Shown piece after piece: positions 17,622 to 25,182 of a DNA stretch of 36,140 nucleotides; the stretch's first letter is position 1, and the number at the start of each line of letters is the position of its first letter. Where the stretch lies: positions 1 to 36,140 of the forward strand of contig DASSPL010000438.1 of assembly GCA_035699685.1 (NCBI GenBank). The letters are read 5' to 3'. The notes below the pieces were generated by a model. It was not told where the DNA came from, made no database searches, and saw only the letters and a list, made by a program, of their open reading frames with translations. The position numbers were made by a program, and so were the translations under genes. Source of the stretch: Burkholderiales bacterium. GTDB lineage: Bacteria > Pseudomonadota > Gammaproteobacteria > Burkholderiales > SG8-39.

Positions 17622-19943
17622 TTGGCGCTAAGGCGGTATCAAGTGGGCGATATCACAAGGCGCCTCGCGGCGGTTGCGTTTGCGGACGTGGCGGGCTGGT
17701 CGCGTCTCATCGAGAAAAGCGACGTAGGCACGCTCCGCGCGTGGAAGGCCGTGCGCGCGGACCTGATCGAACCGAGGCTGCAGGACCACGGCGGGCGCCT
17801 TCTCGAGATCGCCGGCGACGCGGTGCTGGTCGAGTTCCCCAGCGCCGTGGATGCCGTCAAGTGGGCGATCGACGTGCAGCACGGCCTGCGCACCGCGCAG
17901 GAGGCGCACGAGCTCAGCATGCGCATCGGCATCAACGTCGAGGACGTGATCGTCGATGACGGCAAGCTGGTCGGCACCGGCATCAACGTCGCCGCGCGGA
18001 TCCAGCAGCTCGCCGCGCCGGGCGAGATCATCGTGACGGCGGCGGTGCGCGATTATTCCGCCGACCGGCTGGACGCGAGCTTCGTCGACCTCGGCTCGCA
18101 GAAGCTGCGCAATATCAGCCGCCGCGTCCACCTGTACCGTATCGATGTCGGGCGTGCGCGTTCCCGGGACCCGCGAAACGTGGCGCCTCTGCACCCGGAG
18201 CCGGTCGTCCTCGACAGCCAGGAAGAGCGCACCATCCGGGCGGTGCTGCACGTCCAGGTCGCCGATCCGGCCAGCGAGCGCAGCGAAGAAGAATCGATCG
18301 CGCGCTGGCGCGGCCTCGTCGACCGCGTCGCGAACAGCGTCCTGCCGTCGCACGGCGGCCGGCTGCTCAGGAGCCTGGGCGGCGACATGCTGCTCGATTT
18401 CCCCCACGCGCCCGTGGCGCTGAAGGCGGCCTTCGACATCCAGCGCCTCTGCGGCGCGCTGGACCAGCGCATCCTGGTATCGATGGGCATGCAGGTCGGC
18501 GAGCTCATCGCCGACGACCACGGCATTTACGGACGCGACCTCAATCTCGCCGCCGGCCTGACCGAGGTCGCGGGACCCGGTGAAATCGTGGTCTCCGCCG
18601 GCGCGCGCGACCAGCTCACGCCGATGCTCGATGCCGACGTCGAGGACCTGGGCGAATGCTATGTGGGCAGCCTCAAGCAGCCGATCCGGGCTTATCGGGT
18701 CGGACCGCCCGGCCCGCGTCCCGTGGTCGACCCGGCGGCGGCTGTGGAGCTCCGCCCGACGATCGCCGTGGTGCCCTTCGCCGCCCGCACCACCGAAAAG
18801 GAACATCAGGTCATCGGCGAAGTGCTCGCCGACGAAGTGATCTCGGCGTTGTCGCGCAGCGCCGACGTGAACGTCATTTCGCGCCTGTCGACCACGGCCT
18901 TCCGCGGCAGGAACGCGAGCGCGACCGAGGTCGGCCAGCACCTGAACGCCTCCTACGTCCTCTCGGGAGGCTATCGGGTCTCGCGCTCGCACCTTTCGGT
19001 GGTGGCCGAGGTCGCGGACGCGAGCAGCGGCCACATCATCTGGTCCGACGACCTCGCCGGTGATGTCAAGGGGATTATTACCGGCAAGGACGACCTAATA
19101 GATCGCATCGTCACCGCGGCGAGCGCCGCCATAATGGCCCGCGAGTTACAACGTGCTCAATCCCAGGCCCTGCCGACACTCCAGAGCTACACGCTGCTGA
19201 TGGCAGCGATAACCCTCATGCATCGCCTGTCGCCGTCGAGCTTTGATCGCGCGCACGACATGCTCGAGACCCTGTGCGAGCGCGCGCCACGGCAGGCGAT
19301 TCCAAGCGCGTGGCTCGGCAAGTGGCACGTGCTGCGCGTCGAGCAGGGCTGGAGCGACGACATCAACCGCGACGCGCGCATGGCGCTCGATTGCACCCGG
19401 CGCGCGCTCGACGTCGACCCGCATTGCTCGCTCGCGCTGTCGGTGGACGGCTTCATCCACACCAACCTCCTGCGCAAGCTCGACGTCGGCCTGCAGCGCT
19501 ACGACCTGGCGATCCAGGTCAACCCGAACGATTCGCTCGCCTGGCTGCTGAAGGGCATGCTGCATGCCTTCCGCGGCGAAGGCAAACACGCCGTGCGCGG
19601 GACGCAGCGCGCGCTGCGCCTCTCCCCGCTCGATCCGCATCGTTACTTCTACGATTCGCTCGCCGCCTCCGCGGCCCTGTCGGCGGCCGATTACAAGGGA
19701 GCGATCGACCTCGCGCGCCGTTCGCTGCGTGCCAATCGCACCCATACGTCCACCCTGCGGGTCATGGCGATCGCGCAGTGGCAGCTCGGCCGGCACAAGG
19801 AGGCGCGCGACACCGTGCACGACCTGATGACGCTGCAGCCGTCGCTCACGGTCAGCCGCTGGCTCGAGCGCTCGCCGAGCAGCGAATACGAGATAGGCAA
19901 GCTTTGCGCGCGTTCGCTGCAGGAGGCCGGCGTGCCGCGCTGA
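17622..19943 (+). CDS. Tandem class III adenylate/guanylate cyclase-domain protein with a central TolB-N-like module and C-terminal TPR region
   Basis: 773 aa. CHD1 covers ~aa 15-175 (VAFADVAGWS, EIAGDAVLVEF, GTGINVAARI). CHD2 covers ~aa 205-360 and is degenerate (VQVADPAS, SLGGDMLLDF, RDLNLAAGL). It continues with IAVVPFAAR...VISRLST...YVLSGGY and then TPR-like helical repeats to the C terminus. The start is TTG 17622, or GTG 17643 as an alternative. Confidence 0.85.
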   Translation: MALRRYQVGDITRRLAAVAFADVAGWSRLIEKSDVGTLRAWKAVRADLIEPRLQDHGGRLLEIAGDAVLVEFPSAVDAVKWAIDVQHGLRTAQEAHELSMRIGINVEDVIVDDGKLVGTGINVAARIQQLAAPGEIIVTAAVRDYSADRLDASFVDLGSQKLRNISRRVHLYRIDVGRARSRDPRNVAPLHPEPVVLDSQEERTIRAVLHVQVADPASERSEEESIARWRGLVDRVANSVLPSHGGRLLRSLGGDMLLDFPHAPVALKAAFDIQRLCGALDQRILVSMGMQVGELIADDHGIYGRDLNLAAGLTEVAGPGEIVVSAGARDQLTPMLDADVEDLGECYVGSLKQPIRAYRVGPPGPRPVVDPAAAVELRPTIAVVPFAARTTEKEHQVIGEVLADEVISALSRSADVNVISRLSTTAFRGRNASATEVGQHLNASYVLSGGYRVSRSHLSVVAEVADASSGHIIWSDDLAGDVKGIITGKDDLIDRIVTAASAAIMARELQRAQSQALPTLQSYTLLMAAITLMHRLSPSSFDRAHDMLETLCERAPRQAIPSAWLGKWHVLRVEQGWSDDINRDARMALDCTRRALDVDPHCSLALSVDGFIHTNLLRKLDVGLQRYDLAIQVNPNDSLAWLLKGMLHAFRGEGKHAVRGTQRALRLSPLDPHRYFYDSLAASAALSAADYKGAIDLARRSLRANRTHTSTLRVMAIAQWQLGRHKEARDTVHDLMTLQPSLTVSRWLERSPSSEYEIGKLCARSLQEAGVPR

Positions 19944-19971
19944 TCAACGGGTTCATAACCGAGGGGGAGCA

Positions 19972-21171
19972 ATGAGTGTCGAGGGGGGCTTCGGCGGGTT
20001 CGGAGGATTTGGCGGGTTCGGTGGGTTCGGTGGCTTCGGCGGGTTCGGCGGATTTGGCGGCTTCGGCGGCTTCGGCGGATTTGGCGGCTTCGGAGGGTTT
20101 GGCGGCTTCGGCCCCCAGCCCGGCTACGCACCCGATGCGCTGATCACCCACCGCGACGGCATCGTCGGGGGCTGGGTGCCACCGACGCACGATGGCGTAC
20201 CGGTGGCGCTCAAGCAGGAGCACGACGATCCGCTCGCCAACCTCGCCCGCTGGGAGCCTTGGGTACGAGCAGCGGCGCTGGATTTCGAAGTGGTGTCGCA
20301 CCTGCATTTCGGCGCCGGGCAGGACGAATCGAAGACCTACAACGGCTACACCCTCTGGCACCTGGATCGAACCGCGATTCCGGGAACCGTCACGCCACGG
20401 CCTATCGCGCGCATGGTCCGGCCGCCGGACCTGTCGGCCGGCAACGATTTCTGGATCAAGCAGCTCGAGATCGTCGCGAACTACGCCGATCTGCGCGAAG
20501 ACCGGGCGAGCGAGGTGCTGACGCAGGTCACCCCGCCCATCGTCTACTGGGCGTCGGTGATGAACCTGCAGCCGCACACCAAGAAGTACACGCTCGAGCT
20601 TCTGGGCCTCGCCTTGCGCTTCGCCACGTTCGCGGAGATGCGCTTCAAGCACGCCCTCGCCGTGCGCAGGCCGGCCGAGATGTCGGCGCAGATCCAGCCG
20701 ATGATCGGCACCCCGGGCCATGGCGCGCTTCCCAGCGGGCACGCCACCGAGGCGCACATCGTCGCGTATGTGCTGTGGAACCTCGCGTCGGCCGCGGACA
20801 GCACGAAGAAGAAGAACAATGTGTGGCTGGAGCAGCTCATGCGCCAGGCTTCGCGCATTGCAGTGAATCGCACGGTCGCCGGCGTGCACTTCCCGGTCGA
20901 CAGCTCGGCGGGGCAGCTCCTGGGCCTGACGCTCGGCGAGTACCTGCTGCACCTTTGCGGCGTCGGCAGCAAGTACAAGGCATGGGAGTTCCTCGGCCCG
21001 AAGTTCACCGCCACGGACGATTTCGACTGGCGCGCGCAGTACGACACGGCGATGCCCAGTCCCGCGCGCAAGGCCACGGCCTTCGCCGTCGAAATCCCGG
21101 GTAATCAGACGGCCACCAAGTCTGTGATGCTCGAATGGCTGTGGGACCAGGCGAAGAAGGAGTGGCCGTGA
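19972..21171 (+). CDS. (GGF)x14-repeat protein with a PAP2 acid phosphatase / vanadium-haloperoxidase-like catalytic domain; no signal peptide or TM segment
   Basis: 399 aa, ATG after GAGGGGGAG. After MSVE come 14 perfect GGF triplets. The PAP2 superfamily motifs appear in order: K226-HALAVR-R233-P234 (KX6RP), P254-S-G-H257 (PSGH) and R300-TVAGV-H306-FPV-D310 (RX3GXHX3D). Confidence 0.75.
   Translation: MSVEGGFGGFGGFGGFGGFGGFGGFGGFGGFGGFGGFGGFGGFGGFGPQPGYAPDALITHRDGIVGGWVPPTHDGVPVALKQEHDDPLANLARWEPWVRAAALDFEVVSHLHFGAGQDESKTYNGYTLWHLDRTAIPGTVTPRPIARMVRPPDLSAGNDFWIKQLEIVANYADLREDRASEVLTQVTPPIVYWASVMNLQPHTKKYTLELLGLALRFATFAEMRFKHALAVRRPAEMSAQIQPMIGTPGHGALPSGHATEAHIVAYVLWNLASAADSTKKKNNVWLEQLMRQASRIAVNRTVAGVHFPVDSSAGQLLGLTLGEYLLHLCGVGSKYKAWEFLGPKFTATDDFDWRAQYDTAMPSPARKATAFAVEIPGNQTATKSVMLEWLWDQAKKEWP
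19984..20109 (+). repeat. 14 tandem 9-nt units encoding Gly-Gly-Phe (in-frame coding microsatellite-like array)
   Basis: I read it unit by unit. All 14 units translate to GGF. The units differ only at synonymous third positions (ggc/ggg/gga/ggt; ttc/ttt). A 23-nt stretch is identical at 20044-20066 and 20071-20093, a 27-nt offset. Confidence 0.95.
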
Positions 21172-23270
21172 AGGGCGGGTGGTCGAAATCCAAGCCGCCG
21201 CGGCGCGACCGCAAGCTGTTCGACCCCTACTACGACTGGGCCGTCAGCACGGGCTTCGCCTACTACGGCAAGCCCGACTGGGTCCCGGTGATCATCGAGC
21301 TCGAGAAAGACGTGCCGGCCTTTCTCGAGCGGGTCCGCACGCAGCGCTGGGGCAGCGCGATGCGCATCCCGAAGATCTACAGGAATCCGCCCAGACGGCT
21401 GAAGAAGAAGCTCAAGTTCCTCACGGCGATGGTGGAACGCGCCCGCCTGCCCGAGCTGCTCGACGCCGGCGCGGTAAACATCGACATCAAGCGCATGGAG
21501 ATCGGGCGCATGGTCGATGTGCCCAGCGGCCCGCACCTTACGCAGGAGGGAACCGGGTGGGGAGACCTGAACCTCGAGCTGCCCAACCCGCCCTTTCCGG
21601 CCGGCACGGTGCTGATCGGCGTGATCGACGACAGCATCGCCTTCGCCCACGAGCGCTTCAGGACCGGGACGAGCACGCGGATCTGGTATTTCTGGGATCA
21701 GCAAGTGCCTTCCGATGATTCGGGGCGATGGGACTACGGGCGTGAGATCCGCAAGGAGACGATGCCTGACGGCATCGACGATCTCCTCGGCCGGTGCAAG
21801 CATGGCGAGGTCATCGACGAGGACGAGGTTTACCGCAAGGCGGGACACCTCAATTTCGCCGACAGCGGCCACAAGCCGCTCGCGCTGCGCGGCTCGCATG
21901 GCACGCACGTCGCCGACCTCGCGTGCAACCCGCCGGTCGGCGAGGGGCCGATCGTCGCGGTGCAGCTGCCGATCGCCACGACCGAGGACACCTCGGGTGC
22001 GACATTGAAGCCGCAGGCCTTCGATGCCCTGCTCTACATGCTCGATTGCGCCGACCAGCACAGCGGCAAGGACCCGCTGCCGCTCGTCGTCAACCTGAGC
22101 TACGGCATGTACGCCGGTCCGCACGATGGCCAGGGGCTTCTCGAGCAGGCCATCGACCACCTGCTCGATTCATGCAACACCGGCTCCAAGACGCCGGTTC
22201 TGCAGGTCGTGCTGCCGGCCGGCAACAGCCACCTGCTGCGCTGCCATGCCGCCTTCTCGCTCGACGCCAAGGCGAAGGCGCCGGTGCCGGAAGAAGAGGA
22301 TCCGTCGATCCGGCTACTGCACTGGCGAGTGCTGCCGGATGACCGCACCGAGAGCTTCCTCGAGATCTGGTATCCGGAAAACCGTGCCAATGACCTCGCG
22401 GCGAGCGTGACGGCGCCGACCGGTCTCGCCACCGGCTGGTTCGATCTCAACACCAGTTTCGAGTGGCAAGACGCAGCCGGACGCGTCATGGGCCAGATCC
22501 AGTTCTATCCTCCACCCCTCGGCAGCAAGCGCGGCGTCATCCGCATCGCGCTCGCACCGACGGCAGGACGGGGCGGGTCCCTGACCGGAGTTCCATCGGG
22601 AATCTGGCAGGTGCGGGTCGAAAACCGCGGGGCGAGCGCGATCGCCGACATCGACGCATGGATCCAGCGCGACGATACGGTGCACGGCTATCGGCGTGGC
22701 GCGAGGCAGTCCTATTTCGACGATCCGGAGTACGCCCGATTCGACCCGGGTGGCCGTCCCATCGAGGACGACAACCACCTCGCTACGAAGGACAGCTACG
22801 TCAAGCGTCAAGGCACTTTCAATGCCATCTCCTCGGGTACGAAAAGCATCGTCGCATCAGGGTTGATCCGGCAGAACTGGAAACCGAGCCCATACTCGGC
22901 TTCCGGCCCCCTATACCCGCCCGGCCGCGATGTGCCCAACAAGAAGGGGCCCGAGGTGATGGCCGGCTCGGATGACAGTCCTTCCCACAACGGCATCCTG
23001 GCAGCCGGTTCGCGCAGCGGGTCGTGCGTGGCCATGCGCGGCACGAGCGTCGCCGCACCCCAGGTGGCGCGGCTCGTAGCGCAGAACATCGCGGGCGGAG
23101 GAAAGGGCGACCGCTTCGCCGCGGCGGATTTTCCCAAGGCGGTGGTGGCTCATCCCGACTACACCGAAAAGGCGCCGCCCCCGGGCGCGGCGGCAGCGCC
23201 GTCTCTGGAACGCGGCGGCCTTGGGCGCGTCGATTACCAGCCGCCGCGCAAGCCGCGCTTCGAGCGCTAG
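21168..23270 (+). CDS. S8 (subtilisin-like) serine peptidase, apparently cytoplasmic, with large insertions
   Basis: GTG 21168 lies 5 nt after AAGGAG (21157-21162) and overlaps the upstream TGA (GTGA). The ORF-track ATG 21135 is an alternative. The catalytic motifs are GVIDDSIAF (Asp), GSHGTHVADLA (His), LPAGNSH (oxyanion Asn) and RGTSVAAPQVA (Ser). There is no N-terminal signal peptide. Confidence 0.88.
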   Translation: MKGGWSKSKPPRRDRKLFDPYYDWAVSTGFAYYGKPDWVPVIIELEKDVPAFLERVRTQRWGSAMRIPKIYRNPPRRLKKKLKFLTAMVERARLPELLDAGAVNIDIKRMEIGRMVDVPSGPHLTQEGTGWGDLNLELPNPPFPAGTVLIGVIDDSIAFAHERFRTGTSTRIWYFWDQQVPSDDSGRWDYGREIRKETMPDGIDDLLGRCKHGEVIDEDEVYRKAGHLNFADSGHKPLALRGSHGTHVADLACNPPVGEGPIVAVQLPIATTEDTSGATLKPQAFDALLYMLDCADQHSGKDPLPLVVNLSYGMYAGPHDGQGLLEQAIDHLLDSCNTGSKTPVLQVVLPAGNSHLLRCHAAFSLDAKAKAPVPEEEDPSIRLLHWRVLPDDRTESFLEIWYPENRANDLAASVTAPTGLATGWFDLNTSFEWQDAAGRVMGQIQFYPPPLGSKRGVIRIALAPTAGRGGSLTGVPSGIWQVRVENRGASAIADIDAWIQRDDTVHGYRRGARQSYFDDPEYARFDPGGRPIEDDNHLATKDSYVKRQGTFNAISSGTKSIVASGLIRQNWKPSPYSASGPLYPPGRDVPNKKGPEVMAGSDDSPSHNGILAAGSRSGSCVAMRGTSVAAPQVARLVAQNIAGGGKGDRFAAADFPKAVVAHPDYTEKAPPPGAAAAPSLERGGLGRVDYQPPRKPRFER

Positions 23271-23983
23271 CGGCCGAGCGCCTTCTTCTTCCAGACCTCC
23301 CACGGCCGCTCGAGCGTGCCGGCGTTCGCCGCGGTCGAGCGGCGGCCCTCCTCGTCGCTCAGGAACTCGATCGGCCCCTCGAGCTGCATCGCCTGCATCT
23401 GCAGCCGGGCGTTCATCTCGGTGTAGATGCTCCTGAACACCGCTTCCTGCACGCTGGCGCCGATCACGGTCATGCCGTGGCCGCGCATCAGCACGCAGTT
23501 GCACTTGCCGAGCGCGCCGGCGAGCGCTTCGCCGAGCGGCCGGTCGCGCACCAGGACGTCGTTCTCCTCGCGCACCTTGCGGATGTCCCACACCGGCACG
23601 CCCGACCAGAGGAAGGAGCCCATGTGGTACACCGGGCGCAGCTTGCTCTTCGTCACGCCGAAGGGAATGACCGAAGGCGAGTGGCTGTGCACCACGGCCG
23701 TCACGTCGGGCCGCTTGCGGTAGATCTCGCCGTGGATGTAGCGCTCGATGAAGCCCTTGCGCTTGTCGCCGGTGGCGGCCTCGCTGTCCGCGTTCCATTC
23801 GACCAGGTCGGCGGCGGTGACCAGGGCCGGCGCGCGCGAGCGCGACATGATGAAGTGCGCCGGCCGCTTGTCGCTGCGCGCGCTGATGTGGCCGTAGGCG
23901 TCGAGCACGCCGTGGTCGGCGAGGATGCGGCTGCCGGCGACGAGGTCGTCGATGAGCTGCCTGCTTGCTGCGGGTTTCTTCAT
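23267..23983 (-). CDS. Class II aldolase/adducin-domain protein
   Basis: I moved the start to ATG at 23983 (MKKPAAS...), giving 238 aa. Motifs are DAYGHISAR, TAVVHSHSPSVIPF and LMRGHGMTVIG. Its stop shares the CTAG tetranucleotide with the convergent S8 gene's stop. Confidence 0.87.
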   Translation of the reverse strand: MKKPAASRQLIDDLVAGSRILADHGVLDAYGHISARSDKRPAHFIMSRSRAPALVTAADLVEWNADSEAATGDKRKGFIERYIHGEIYRKRPDVTAVVHSHSPSVIPFGVTKSKLRPVYHMGSFLWSGVPVWDIRKVREENDVLVRDRPLGEALAGALGKCNCVLMRGHGMTVIGASVQEAVFRSIYTEMNARLQMQAMQLEGPIEFLSDEEGRRSTAANAGTLERPWEVWKKKALGR

Positions 23984-25092
23984 TTGATGCGCATCTCCCT
24001 GAGTTGCGGTGCAACGAAATAAAGCACGCCGACGGCGGCGAGCGAGACCAGCGCGAGCGTCGTGGACGCGCCGCGCACGCCGAGCAGGTCCGACAGCGGC
24101 CCGGCGAGAAAGGCGCCGGTCGAGATCATCGCCGGATACATCATCGTCAGGCTGGCGATGCGGCCGCGCATGTCCTCGGGCGCGCACATCTGCAGCGTCG
24201 CCATGTTGCTCGCGGTATGCGCCATCTCGGCGGCGCCGCCGATGAAGCCGAAGGCCAGCGCCGCGGCGATGCTCGGGCTCGCGGCCAGGCCGACGATGGA
24301 CAGCGCCATCAGCACGATCCAGCCCGACTGGATGAGGGCCTGGCGCTCGGCCCGCACCAGGGCGTTGGCGATGAACCCGCCCAGCGTGCCGCCGAGGCCG
24401 ACCGCCGTGAGCAGCATGCCGAGACCCTGGGGCCCGGCGAGGAACTCATCCTTCGCATAGATCGGGAACAGCGTCCCCCAGACCGGCACGAGCAGCAGGT
24501 AGGGCAGCGCGCCGATGGTTATGAGGATGCGCATGCGGGGGTCGCGCGCGGCGAAGCGCAGGCCCTCCAGCATGTCGGCCATCGCCGTGCGGCCGCTCGG
24601 CGCGCGCGGCGGCGGGAAAGCCACCGCCAGCACGAGGAGCGCGGCCGAGCCGTACAGCACGCCCTGGATGAGGAAGGAGCCCGCGGCGCCGAACCAGGCG
24701 ATGAGGTAGCCGGCGATCGCCGGGCCGATGATGCGCATCATCGAGAAGCCGATGGTGTTCAGCGCGACCGCCTTCATCGCCACGTCGCGCGGCACGAGCT
24801 CGAACACGGTGCTGAAGCGCGCCGGCCGGTCCATCACGTTCGCCGCGCCCATCAGCAGCGTGAAGGCGAACAGCATCCACGTGCTGACCATGCCCAGCGC
24901 GAGCGCGATGCCGATCGCGAACGACACGCTCGCGGCGAGGAGCTGGCTCGCCTGCAGCAGCCGCCGGCGGTTGAAGCGGTCGGCGGCCACGCCGGAGATC
25001 GGCGCGAGGAGGAGCAGCGGAAGCACCCTCACGCCCATCACCGCGCCGAGCAGCGCGCCCGACCCGGTGATCTCGTAGACCACCCAGCCCAT
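23980..25092 (-). CDS. MFS transporter (EntS/MFS_3-like). The annotated ATG probably truncates TM1; the coding sequence likely extends to 25182
   Basis: 370 aa from ATG 25092. The in-frame upstream 30 codons encode LASALAYPQFRRLWTSSLCSWLAQWIQQAS. That looks like the conserved N-terminal FRxLW/TM1 segment of this family, and it runs straight up to the TAA of the upstream gene. See the findings. Confidence 0.82.
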   Translation of the reverse strand: MGWVVYEITGSGALLGAVMGVRVLPLLLLAPISGVAADRFNRRRLLQASQLLAASVSFAIGIALALGMVSTWMLFAFTLLMGAANVMDRPARFSTVFELVPRDVAMKAVALNTIGFSMMRIIGPAIAGYLIAWFGAAGSFLIQGVLYGSAALLVLAVAFPPPRAPSGRTAMADMLEGLRFAARDPRMRILITIGALPYLLLVPVWGTLFPIYAKDEFLAGPQGLGMLLTAVGLGGTLGGFIANALVRAERQALIQSGWIVLMALSIVGLAASPSIAAALAFGFIGGAAEMAHTASNMATLQMCAPEDMRGRIASLTMMYPAMISTGAFLAGPLSDLLGVRGASTTLALVSLAAVGVLYFVAPQLREMRIK

Positions 25093-25182
25093 CGAGGCCT
25101 GCTGGATCCACTGCGCCAGCCACGAGCAGAGCGAGCTCGTCCACAGCCGCCGGAACTGGGGATAGGCGAGCGCCGACGCCAG

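Noticed and set aside
19984-20109. Tandem repeat considered as a CRISPR array or non-coding minisatellite
   Set aside because: The period is only 9 nt with no spacers. It is exactly in frame within an ORF, and all inter-unit differences are synonymous. It is a coding repeat.
19691-20952. Minus-strand ORFs with striking periodic peptides (RRSRQIRRTRRSHRTHRTRQ... and AEAAKPSEAAKSAEAAEAAKSAEPAEATEPTEP...)
   Set aside because: The periodicity is simply the reverse-complement reading of the 9-nt GGF coding repeat. Outside the repeat these frames are featureless and antisense to the PAP2-like gene, whose frame carries the catalytic motifs.
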